The notes beneath the pieces were generated by a model, which was not told where the DNA came from, did not search any database, and saw only the letters and a program-made list of their open reading frames with translations. A program made the position numbers and the translations under genes. Shown here in pieces: positions 46,895 to 55,948 of a stretch of DNA of 64,000 bases. Origin of the DNA: a bacterium (lineage in GTDB: Bacteria > Hydrothermota > Tepidihabitantia > SM23-42 > JAOAFX01); assembly GCA_036382775.1 (NCBI GenBank), contig DASVHD010000036.1:18657-82656 (forward strand), given 5' to 3'. Each line of letters opens with the position of its first letter. Positions within the stretch are counted from its first letter, which is position 1.

Positions 46895-47674
46895 TTAATG
46901 CCCAATGACCAACTCTGGATTGCCGGGATCGATCTGGTATGCCCAGTCAAACACCATGTGCTCTGGTCCGACTTCGGTCACGCGGAGTTTGGCAAAATGA
47001 TTGTCCCAGGTCCAGAAAACGTAAGTATGCCCCTCAACCGCCTCAACCACACCAGACGGCGACCAACCCTGGTCTGGAGCATACGTGATATCATCCATTG
47101 ATTCTGTATATCCCATGTCCTGGATCAAACCGCCGCTCTTGTATACAAGCAGGTACGGGATATCGCTCGGCGAATCATAATCATAATAAATATCGCTCTG
47201 CGAATAATTCCAGGACACGATCTCGTATTCGCTGAAATCCCAGCCGGCATAAACCGGATATTCATCGACATCGTACAGCCTTATATTATACCCCTCAGGC
47301 CTCGGCGTATCGAAAACCAGCTCGTATGAAAGATCGCTCTCGTTCCCGTTTTCGTCGAAAGCCGTGATCGCGTAAAAATACGTAAGGCCGTTTTCCAATC
47401 CGTAATCAAGGAAGTAATCAAAGTTCGTTTCGCCGATCAAATAGTACGGGCCTTCCGGATCATAACTCCGGTATATTCGGTACGCTTCAAGGTCAGGTTC
47501 GTTATTCGCATACCAGTAAAGCATGACTTCTTCATCACCAGTCACCGAGGTTAATCCCCTGGGTATGGCTGGTGGTTCATTATCAGCTTCCTCATAGCAG
47601 CAAGGAGCATATATAAGGGCTCCTGCTATCAGTATCATTTTCAGAGAATTTGTTATTTTTTTAATGTTTTTCAT
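46895..47674 (-). CDS. Secreted or lipid-anchored protein containing a fibronectin-III domain
   Basis: The signal peptide is 'LIAGALIYAPCC'. The FN3 pattern is 'LTSVTGDEEVMLYWYANNEPDLEAYRIYRS...YFYAITAFDENGNES'. Confidence 0.6.
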   Translation of the reverse strand: MKNIKKITNSLKMILIAGALIYAPCCYEEADNEPPAIPRGLTSVTGDEEVMLYWYANNEPDLEAYRIYRSYDPEGPYYLIGETNFDYFLDYGLENGLTYFYAITAFDENGNESDLSYELVFDTPRPEGYNIRLYDVDEYPVYAGWDFSEYEIVSWNYSQSDIYYDYDSPSDIPYLLVYKSGGLIQDMGYTESMDDITYAPDQGWSPSGVVEAVEGHTYVFWTWDNHFAKLRVTEVGPEHMVFDWAYQIDPGNPELVIGH

Positions 47675-47859
47675 GGTCAGCTCCTGCCTTATTTATATGC
47701 AAGGGCCATGCCAACTAAAAGCATTGAAAAACAATCACTTTTTTGATACCGTCGCACAAAAAAAGTGCAGTTTGCACAAAAGACGTGATAGACACGACTT
47801 ACATCCATATGGAATATTTCCTCAGGTCCATTGTATAATATAGCATAAAGGAGGCTACA

Positions 47860-48885
47860 ATGAAAAAGGTTCTGCTTTTAGTCTTGATACTAGCTGCATC
47901 AGTATTTTCCAAAGAAGATACGGCACCGATCGAGAAATACATTGATAAGATCAGCGTCGGCGATCCCATTGAATACAAGAATCTGAAAATATTCCCTTTG
48001 AACGTGCTTTCCGCGCTTAGCACCATGGACTATGTTACGCTTGACCAGGCCATGGATAAAGGCTGGTTAAAAATAAAGGAAAGCGGCGAAGGCGAAGTGA
48101 ACACGGTCATGGTTAAGAATAATGGCGACGCGCCGGTCTTTTTACTCACTGGCGAGATGATAACCGGTGCCAAGCAGGACCGGATGCTCGAAAAAGACCT
48201 GCTCCTGCCATCGAACAGTGGCTGGGTGGAAGTTCCCGTATACTGCGTGGAACATGGCCGCTGGGTATCGGTCTCCTCTGAATTCAAGTCTGGCGGTTAT
48301 GTGGTGCCCAACGCGGTGCGTCAGGCGGCCAAGATTAACCCCAGCCAGTCAGAAGTGTGGGACAAAGTGGCCGAGAACCAGGAACAACTGGGTGTCGCTT
48401 CGGGGACAGGTACTGCCCGCGATACTTATGAGGACTCGGATGTCCAGAAACGATTGGACGATTATGAGGTTAATCTCGGCAAAGTCCCGAAACTTTCAAG
48501 CACCACGATCGGAGTGGTCGTAACGACCGGCGACCGGATAATCTGCTTCGACCTGTTTGCCAACAACGGTCTGCTCAAGAAACTCTGGAAAAAACTGGTC
48601 AAGTCCTATGCCATGGACGCGCTGACCGGCGAGAAGAGCACGCTGACCAAATCCGATATCAGGGAATTGCTCGAGGTCTTCGAGGACGCTCGGTTTGTCT
48701 CGACCGGGACAGCCGGTTTGGGCGATCTTTTTACGATCGAGTCGACGGTCGGTAAGGGTTCAGCCCTGACCTATGGTAAAGCCGTGGTTCACATGGACTT
48801 CTTCCCCAGTGAAGACCTCCCGACCGATGATGAAGGTGATGGACTGCGCCTTGATTTCAGACGGGATCAGAGGAACGACGACTAG
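47860..48885 (+). CDS. Secreted hypothetical protein, possibly DUF6569/ARPP-1-like, but I could not confirm that
   Basis: AAGGAGG precedes the ATG, and a signal peptide is present. The protein is 341 aa and transcribed divergently from the low-complexity operon. Confidence 0.55.
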   Translation: MKKVLLLVLILAASVFSKEDTAPIEKYIDKISVGDPIEYKNLKIFPLNVLSALSTMDYVTLDQAMDKGWLKIKESGEGEVNTVMVKNNGDAPVFLLTGEMITGAKQDRMLEKDLLLPSNSGWVEVPVYCVEHGRWVSVSSEFKSGGYVVPNAVRQAAKINPSQSEVWDKVAENQEQLGVASGTGTARDTYEDSDVQKRLDDYEVNLGKVPKLSSTTIGVVVTTGDRIICFDLFANNGLLKKLWKKLVKSYAMDALTGEKSTLTKSDIRELLEVFEDARFVSTGTAGLGDLFTIESTVGKGSALTYGKAVVHMDFFPSEDLPTDDEGDGLRLDFRRDQRNDD

Positions 48886-48905
48886 AATATAAAAAAACTT
48901 GACAG

Positions 48906-48934
48906 AAAACCCCGCGTCTTGCCGCGGGGTTTTC
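48906..48934. terminator. Bidirectional rho-independent terminator between convergent genes
   Basis: The hairpin AAAACCCCGCG-tcttg-CCGCGGGGTTTT is followed by a T-run and preceded by an A-run. Confidence 0.7.
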
Positions 48935-48978
48935 TGTTTTTCTGTTAATTACTTAATTACCAATTACCATTAACTATA

Positions 48979-51381
48979 TTACTTTACCAAAACCGCCTTT
49001 TGCGTCACGCTCTTGCCATCAGATTTAGACTCCAACCGGTAAAAATACACGCCCGGACTTACCTCTCTTCCCTTTCCATCCCTGCCATCCCACGTGACCG
49101 TCTGCCAGCCGGTTCTTTGCGCAGATCCCTGCCAGAGGATCGCGACCAGACTTCCGCTGGCGTTGTAGATTTTCAGTGCGTAGTCTTTATCAATGGCTGG
49201 CAAGCTGAATCTCACGCGGTGGCTGCCAATCCGTACCGGATTCGGGAAGAAGCTTCCAAGATCGAACCGCGCGGTATGCACTGGACTGCTGCTTTCCTCA
49301 ATACCTGGCTCGGGTTCGAACGCACCGGTCAGCACCACGGCAAAAGGCTGGCGCGCGGTCACCACATTTGCCGCCATGATCCTGATCTGCCATAAGCCTG
49401 TCCTGGGGACATTTATCCGGAAACATTCGTAGGGATTGAGGCTATCATAGCGCGCCGTGGGATTGATAATAGACTGACCGCCTGTATACACGCTGCCTTT
49501 GAACGAATCTCCGTAAGCGTTGACCATCCTGACGTCCAGATTGTTGATCAATACGCGCGCGGCGCCGGCTGCGGCCGCGGTGTCGGTCCAGCAGACAACA
49601 GCCCTTAACGGTACGGTTGAATCATCGACATTGAACTGGTATTCCGCAAATTGCCCAGTGGCAAGGCCGGTCGTGTCATCATCCAGCAGCAATTCCCTTT
49701 TTTCGGGCGTCGGCAAGGCAAAATAAAGAACGGAATCGAGATCGATCCGGCCCCAGCCGATATATTCGCTGGGCACGACATATGCCCCGACATTCGGATC
49801 GCAGGATACGATGATCATCGCCTTGAGCAGGGCACCGCTGACATAATCCATGCTGTCTGCCGGATCGAGCGTGCCGCTCGGATACCAGCCTTTTCTCAGG
49901 TATTCGCGGATCAGACCGATGCAGCCGTTGCACGAAGGCGCCGCCATTGACGTGCCGCTCATGCTGGTGTACGAGTTAGTCGTGCCTTCCATGGCTGAAT
50001 AGACATTACTCCCGATCGTCGAACAATCCGGTTTCACCCTGCCATCGGGTCCGGGGCCGCGGCTTGAATAAGTAGCCAGGGTTGTGGCGCTCGTACCGTT
50101 GCCCAGCGCGGCCATGGCGATGACCGATTTCGCGTTGCCGGGCTCGGTGATCCGGTACTGCGATGACTGACCCTGGTTGCCGCATGATTTTATCAGCACC
50201 ACATCCTTGTTTCTCCAGCAGAACATGTCAAACTCCATTGATTTCGCCGAATATACGCCCATGGTTCCGGTCCACCAGGAGTTGGAGATAGTGTGCGTGC
50301 GCAGCTGAGGATTGCGAAGGGTATTGGTAAGCATGTCCAGGATAGTAATGTAATTATAAGACGAACTCGGGATCGGGCTCAGGTGCGAAATACGCGCTTT
50401 CTTGGAATGGCCATCCCGCACGTCTGTGCCGCCCATGGCTGAATCATTGCCCACGGTCGTGCCGCCCACATGAGTGCCATGACCGTCAGGATCACCCACG
50501 CCGCTGGCCGGCGGATAATGTTTGAACACCACGACTTTTTGATGGGTCGGGAATTCACCCGTGTCCGTAATGGAAAATGCCGGATCGCCGAATGCCCAGT
50601 GATTAACATCAAGTCCAGTGTCAGTGTATCCCAGGATCTCGTCGGTGCCGAAAATCCCCTGGCGCCAGATCGACCGGGTCGTATCATTCGGCGGCAACCC
50701 CTTCTGGTTCACCCATTGCGCAAGATCGTTCTCCGGTGCCGAGGGAAACCACTCCTCGATCCAGCAAACCGAGGGCAAACGCGTCATTTCTGGCAGCTGC
50801 GACCGTAGGCAGCTCACAAAGAAAAATTTTATTTCCGCGGTATTGGATAGATCAAGGATCTTGACCTTAAGCGCTTCCAGGGCTCCGCGCGTATCATTAA
50901 CGCTTTCAGTATGGAAAATATAGACCAGGAATCTTGATTCCCGGCTGCCATTCAGGATGTTTTTGTATAATTTAAAGGCCGGCTGATAGATCCCGCTCCA
51001 GCGCACCATAGATAACTTATCGACCTCGGCCCTCACCCTGTCGTTCATCTTCACGATGAACATATTCTGCGAATGGCATCCGAGTAAGACCGCTCCGGTA
51101 TTATGAAGTTGGTCGATCATGCTTGCATATATTGGACCGCGCAATTGGACGAGATAATATCCATCGCCGTCGCCCGGGTATTTGTCGCATTTCAGGTCAA
51201 GGTCATCGGGTAGAATTGGCTGCGATACGAGCGGATCAAAAGTATGATCAGTGATCCTGATAACCGCCGCGTCACCGGCAGGTTCAGGTACGTAATATCC
51301 CCTGGCCGAAGGCTGGAACGGGTTGTTAAGTGCGAACACCCACATTCCCGCAATCAGGGTTAACAACGCGATATTTTTCAT
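48979..51381 (-). CDS. S8 subtilisin-family serine peptidase with a T9SS C-terminal sorting domain
   Basis: The catalytic triad motifs 'DTGLD', 'HGTHVGGT' and 'GTSMAAP' are present. The CTD reads 'GVYFYRLESKSDGKSVTQKAVLVK'. AGGGAGG precedes the ATG at 51381, and the signal peptide is 'MKNIALLTLIAG'. Confidence 0.9.
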   Translation of the reverse strand: MKNIALLTLIAGMWVFALNNPFQPSARGYYVPEPAGDAAVIRITDHTFDPLVSQPILPDDLDLKCDKYPGDGDGYYLVQLRGPIYASMIDQLHNTGAVLLGCHSQNMFIVKMNDRVRAEVDKLSMVRWSGIYQPAFKLYKNILNGSRESRFLVYIFHTESVNDTRGALEALKVKILDLSNTAEIKFFFVSCLRSQLPEMTRLPSVCWIEEWFPSAPENDLAQWVNQKGLPPNDTTRSIWRQGIFGTDEILGYTDTGLDVNHWAFGDPAFSITDTGEFPTHQKVVVFKHYPPASGVGDPDGHGTHVGGTTVGNDSAMGGTDVRDGHSKKARISHLSPIPSSSYNYITILDMLTNTLRNPQLRTHTISNSWWTGTMGVYSAKSMEFDMFCWRNKDVVLIKSCGNQGQSSQYRITEPGNAKSVIAMAALGNGTSATTLATYSSRGPGPDGRVKPDCSTIGSNVYSAMEGTTNSYTSMSGTSMAAPSCNGCIGLIREYLRKGWYPSGTLDPADSMDYVSGALLKAMIIVSCDPNVGAYVVPSEYIGWGRIDLDSVLYFALPTPEKRELLLDDDTTGLATGQFAEYQFNVDDSTVPLRAVVCWTDTAAAAGAARVLINNLDVRMVNAYGDSFKGSVYTGGQSIINPTARYDSLNPYECFRINVPRTGLWQIRIMAANVVTARQPFAVVLTGAFEPEPGIEESSSPVHTARFDLGSFFPNPVRIGSHRVRFSLPAIDKDYALKIYNASGSLVAILWQGSAQRTGWQTVTWDGRDGKGREVSPGVYFYRLESKSDGKSVTQKAVLVK

Positions 51382-51584
51382 AAAGCCTCCCTTACTATTT
51401 TTATCTAATTTAGGCACGAATTCTTTAAGGTAACAATTGTGTTTAGATTCTTCCCCTTCGCTGCACTCAGGGTCAGAATGACAATCTTGCAGGTCATTCT
51501 GAGGGTTTCGCCAGAAACCCGAAGAATCTCTATTCGTCAAGCAGTTATACCAAAACAACGGATTGAAAGCCACCATGAATCTGC

Positions 51585-53240
51585 CTACCTTTCCCCCTCT
51601 TCGATCTCGGTTATGCACTGGAGGATCTCCAGTTCATCGGCGTCGAACCAGATCAGACCACATGTCCAGCATTCATCGATCTCAACGTGGTGCGCGTAGC
51701 TGTAGAACTTATGCACCATTGGTTTGCCGCATTTCGGGCAGTTGCGCGGTTGAGCCGTGGCGATGCGGAGCTCGCATTTGTAACCGTGCTCTTTCGACTG
51801 TTTCCTGATGACGTCGGCCAGGTGCTGAACCCTTTTTGAGAAACCTTTTTCCTTGCGCGTGATTATGCGGGGGATCTTGTCGCGCTCGACCAGAATGCCC
51901 CGGCAGAACGCGCATTCTGACACGTACATCCCTTCGTATGGCAGTACGATCAGCCATTGCCGGCACAGCGGGCACAGCCGCCTGATCTTCCACATCGGTT
52001 CTTTTCTGACTTCAAAGAAAAAAGTGAGTGCCGGGACCTCCACGGCGGCGATTACCTCGGTGCTGCCGTCCACGCGTAGCCTGGTCTCAGGGATGAGCCA
52101 ATCCAAGCCCATAAGCTGGAGCATTGAGAACGGCCCGTACCATTCGTCATTTTTCTCGGCATAGAATACGGGACCGGTCTCTGGTATGTCGGCCTCGGTC
52201 TTGACCGTGATCTTTTTCTGGATCTGTTCGGTCAGCTGACTTATCTCGCCATGGCCCAGGTCAAGCAGGACTTGGAGCCGCTTGGTGAAAGGCGGGTGCG
52301 TGGAAAAAAGGGTCGGCCAGAAACCTTCGGATTCTTCCATAAGGTTGTGCTCAGGGCTCATGATGAAGATCGCGGACAGCCGGTCGCCGCTGTAACCGGC
52401 GCCGCGCCAGCGCAGGGCGATCTTGTACAGCGCGCTCGCCAGGCTCATCGGATCGCGGCTCAGCCTTGCTGCCGCGGCATCAGCCCGGTATTCCTTTTCC
52501 CTGGAAATGAACATGTTAAGCAGCGAACCAAAACACTCGAAAACGAACAGCGCCAGCAGAACGGGCATGGATGCCGCCACTGCGGAACTCGCCCGGCGCT
52601 GATTTTGCTCTCCGCGGTCAAAGGACGCTAATTGTGGAGCCCGTGCCAGCGCTTCTTCGTATACGTTAAACAGCGAGCAGACGATAGTCGTCAGGAGACA
52701 GTCGCCGGAGACGATGTGCGCCATTTCGTGCGCCACCACGGACTGCAGTTCTTCGCGCTTGAGCCGCGAGATCAAACCTTCGGTCACGCCGATGACCATA
52801 CGGCCGCTCAGGTCGGCCAGGGCGAAAGCGTTCATCGCGCCGGTCGGGATGACATACCTTTCGACCTGCAGGCCGCCGGCGGCCGCTTGCAGTTCATCGA
52901 CCACGTTTTCGAAGACGTGATGGTAATTATCGTGTTTGTCCGGATGCCTGACGCCAAGACAACCCAGGATCTTGTCGACCACGATCTTGTTGGAGTGATA
53001 CCAGTGGAACCACGTGACAATTAGCGCGACCAGCATGACAATAACCGTATCCCAGTCGAACAGGCTGAACTTCATGGCCTGCCACGTGAGGAAGAGTCGG
53101 TTGGAGAGCACAAGTTTAACGATCAGCCAGGCGACCCAGATGAATATAAAATGGATTAAAAGCAAAAAGGAAAAAACGGCGTAGATCCGCCACGTTTTTT
53201 CCTTTTCAATGTCCCAGAATGTCTTGATCGTTTCAGCCAT
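51585..53240 (-). CDS. M48-family (HtpX-like) membrane zinc metallopeptidase with a C-terminal GYF-like domain and multiple CxxC zinc ribbons
   Basis: M48 motifs 'HEMAHIV', 'EYRAD' and 'STHPP' are present. The C-terminal extension carries 'CPLCRQ', 'CAFCRG', 'CPKCGK' and 'CWTCG' plus 'NDEWYGPFSMLQL'. Confidence 0.75.
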   Translation of the reverse strand: MAETIKTFWDIEKEKTWRIYAVFSFLLLIHFIFIWVAWLIVKLVLSNRLFLTWQAMKFSLFDWDTVIVMLVALIVTWFHWYHSNKIVVDKILGCLGVRHPDKHDNYHHVFENVVDELQAAAGGLQVERYVIPTGAMNAFALADLSGRMVIGVTEGLISRLKREELQSVVAHEMAHIVSGDCLLTTIVCSLFNVYEEALARAPQLASFDRGEQNQRRASSAVAASMPVLLALFVFECFGSLLNMFISREKEYRADAAAARLSRDPMSLASALYKIALRWRGAGYSGDRLSAIFIMSPEHNLMEESEGFWPTLFSTHPPFTKRLQVLLDLGHGEISQLTEQIQKKITVKTEADIPETGPVFYAEKNDEWYGPFSMLQLMGLDWLIPETRLRVDGSTEVIAAVEVPALTFFFEVRKEPMWKIRRLCPLCRQWLIVLPYEGMYVSECAFCRGILVERDKIPRIITRKEKGFSKRVQHLADVIRKQSKEHGYKCELRIATAQPRNCPKCGKPMVHKFYSYAHHVEIDECWTCGLIWFDADELEILQCITEIEEGER

Positions 53241-53288
53241 AAGTTTTAAGCCATTGGCTATTGGCTATCAACTATATGTTATCGGCCA

Positions 53289-55826
53289 TTAGCCATAGAT
53301 CGGCATTTGTTCGCGCAGTGCCTCGTATAACTTTTTACCTTTCTTTTGCAGGGCTTCATCCGCTTTTTGCAGATCCTTGATCAGGTCGGCGAACGTGGCC
53401 TTATGACCCGCGGTTTTTCCGCCATTAGCCTGGATGACCTTTACCAGCGCAGCCTTCATCTCCTCGCGCATGAGCTGCCACAGGTCCTTACCCTGGACGT
53501 GCGCGATCAGCCGGCCCATCGCCAGCGACATGGACAATACCGCGTTCATACCCAGATTCCCTTTTCTCTGCATCACCTCGATGACCTCATCGCGCGACGC
53601 GTTCTGGGTTATTTTGCCGCGTTTTATCGCCGTTTCCTTTTCCAAGTTCAAAAGCAGCCGGTCCACGGTTGTGATCGCCGTGAAATCCGAGACCTTTTTG
53701 CCGATGAACTCTTTGGCAATGATATTCAGCACGTTGTTAACCGCGTTCTGACAGCCCTTGCCTTCATAGCGCTGCACTGACTTCCACAGCGCGTTAAGCT
53801 CAGTGTCGTTCTTCGCGCTGACTGCGGCTTCGTTCGTGCCTTTCTTGAATTTGAAGGTCTTGTCGGCCTGGGCCGTGAACAGATCGGGGTACTTGTCAAC
53901 GACCCCAGACCTTTCGATCGTGCTGTCGATCAGGTGGATCGCCTCGCCGGTGCCGGCAGACGTGCCCAGCGGCGTTGAACCGGTGAATTTAAAGATCTTG
54001 CGGTATTGCTCGCTGCCCGCGATGCCGGCGTATAGATCAACACCGACCGACGGGATACCCGCGTTCGTGGGTTCCTCGTACGCGATGACCTCGGTGATCA
54101 CCAGATCCTGGATTATGCCCGCAATCTTAGTGACATCGCTTTTAGTAAAACCGCCCTTGGCAACCCGTTCCATCTCTTTCATTGTCTTTGTGACTGAACC
54201 GTATTTATACAGCCTTTCCGTGTTCGCGCCACCACCCGCTTTCAGGCCCAGCGAATTGACCGCCAGCGCGATCTGTGCTTCCATGTCGTCGTTAGGTGAT
54301 TTGGAACGGTGCGAAACGACCAGATCAAGTCCCTTACCCAGTGCGACGAGCATGGCGATAAGGCACTCAGATAGGGTGCCGATCTGATTCGCCTTGATAA
54401 GCGCCGTGTTGATCAGCCCTTTAGATGCGCACTCCTCGATCGTGGAATCCTTGGTAGTCACCAGGTCATCGCCGATAATGAAGACCTTGTCGCCCAGTTC
54501 CTTCATGAGCAGACGCCAGCCCTCGTGATCGTCTTCTGCGAACGCGTCTTCGAGCGATACGATCGGTACCTCCTCGACCGCTTTTTTGAACAGCTCGACC
54601 AGCTGGTCACGGGACATCACGACCTTCTCCTCGCCCCGCCAGAAATAATACATTCCGACGCTGTCCGGCTGATTGAATTCTTCCCGGTAGGCGTTGCTCA
54701 ATTCGCTTAACGCCGGATCGAACGCGATCGCGATGTCGTCGCCGGGTTTGTAGCCGATATCCCTGATCGCCTGCACGGCCATGCGCCACATCCGCTGTTC
54801 AGGGACCTGATCCTGAGGTTCTTTGGCGACAAAAGGGGCGAGACCGCCCTCCAGGCCGATACCCATGACCCGGGCGCCTTCGGATTTTTCCATGATCTCC
54901 TTCAAACGCGTCTGCAACGCGACCGTGATCATCTGCGCTTCCTCGTAATTTTTAGCGCACAGCGGCACGAACATCATTTCCTGCATGCTGATATTGCTTT
55001 CCGGATATTCCTTTTCCGTATGCCTGCCGCCCATGCCGCAGTTGCGATACTGCCAGGGCGCCCTGAGCATATCGCCGTCTGGCAGCGGTACTTCCTGGAT
55101 CCTTTTGTTCATCATCATCTGTTTCACGCTCTTGACTTTGTTCATCCAGGTGTCCTTGCTGATCTCGACCGTTTCGGCTTTTTCCTTTGCCTTAGCTTCG
55201 CGTGCCCGGAATTCGCGGTACTTACCCGGATCAGCCAACAAAAAGTCCAGCAATCCTACCAGTCCGATACCCAGAGATAGACGTCCAAAGTATATCATGA
55301 TCTCGATGTTCTGGATCAAGCCAATGATCAAAAGAACCGCGGCGATCGGCAGCATGACCAAAGACATGTTCCCGCTGCTCGCAGGACCAGCCGCAGCGAC
55401 CGCGAGGTTGAATGGAGCGTCCGGATAATAGGTCAGACCTTCCCGTTTCACGCCCGCAAACGCGCCGTATGGAATAAGTAAGTACATTTTGATATACCAC
55501 AGCAGTTTAGTGAAAAAGTCGGCTTTGATCTTTTTTTGCGCTTCAGGCAGAAGGTTTTCCTTCAGGGCGTTCAAGCGCACGGCCTGCAGGTAGTGACCCA
55601 TTTCATGGATCGCGATGCCCGTGTGGAAACTTAAGAACCAGAATACCGCAGAAACGATCGTTTCCGTGCTCGTGAAAACAAAACCGAGCACGTCCCTGCC
55701 CGCGATCCCTTCCCTGATGCACAGGATCGATGAAATGAACGCAACATGGAATGAAACCAGGATGTGGTTCGCGATGACCCACCCAGAGTGTAAGTTTTGC
55801 TTTATCGTACTTATTAAGTTTTTCAT
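53289..55826 (-). CDS. Fusion protein with three parts. An N-terminal polytopic membrane domain carries an HEMGH zinc-protease-like motif. It is followed by an enolase TIM-barrel domain and then an enolase cap (N-terminal) domain, that is, an enolase that appears circularly permuted.
   Basis: Five transmembrane helices with 'HTGIAIHEMGHYL' come first. The barrel follows with 'GIGLEGGLAP', 'IAFDPA', 'PIVSLEDAFAEDDHEGW', 'IIGDDLV', 'LIKANQIGTLSE', 'VVSHRS' and 'GLKAGGGANTERLYKY'. The C-terminal region 'AGIPSVGVDL...PLGTSAGTGEAIHL...GKGCQNAVNNVL...LGMNAVLSMSLAMG' matches the enolase 'RGNPTVEV..SGASTG..GKGV.KAV..GANAILAVSLA' cap domain. AAGGAAGG precedes the ATG at 55826. Confidence 0.7.
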   Translation of the reverse strand: MKNLISTIKQNLHSGWVIANHILVSFHVAFISSILCIREGIAGRDVLGFVFTSTETIVSAVFWFLSFHTGIAIHEMGHYLQAVRLNALKENLLPEAQKKIKADFFTKLLWYIKMYLLIPYGAFAGVKREGLTYYPDAPFNLAVAAAGPASSGNMSLVMLPIAAVLLIIGLIQNIEIMIYFGRLSLGIGLVGLLDFLLADPGKYREFRAREAKAKEKAETVEISKDTWMNKVKSVKQMMMNKRIQEVPLPDGDMLRAPWQYRNCGMGGRHTEKEYPESNISMQEMMFVPLCAKNYEEAQMITVALQTRLKEIMEKSEGARVMGIGLEGGLAPFVAKEPQDQVPEQRMWRMAVQAIRDIGYKPGDDIAIAFDPALSELSNAYREEFNQPDSVGMYYFWRGEEKVVMSRDQLVELFKKAVEEVPIVSLEDAFAEDDHEGWRLLMKELGDKVFIIGDDLVTTKDSTIEECASKGLINTALIKANQIGTLSECLIAMLVALGKGLDLVVSHRSKSPNDDMEAQIALAVNSLGLKAGGGANTERLYKYGSVTKTMKEMERVAKGGFTKSDVTKIAGIIQDLVITEVIAYEEPTNAGIPSVGVDLYAGIAGSEQYRKIFKFTGSTPLGTSAGTGEAIHLIDSTIERSGVVDKYPDLFTAQADKTFKFKKGTNEAAVSAKNDTELNALWKSVQRYEGKGCQNAVNNVLNIIAKEFIGKKVSDFTAITTVDRLLLNLEKETAIKRGKITQNASRDEVIEVMQRKGNLGMNAVLSMSLAMGRLIAHVQGKDLWQLMREEMKAALVKVIQANGGKTAGHKATFADLIKDLQKADEALQKKGKKLYEALREQMPIYG

Positions 55827-55948
55827 AACAGTCCTTCCTTTCATTTTATTTCTTATATGCTCAAATCTTCAGTACATTAAATATGCGCCATTCAAAGGTT
55901 TAAACCTATATAATACCAACATGAATTATATCTGAAATTGCCGATTTG

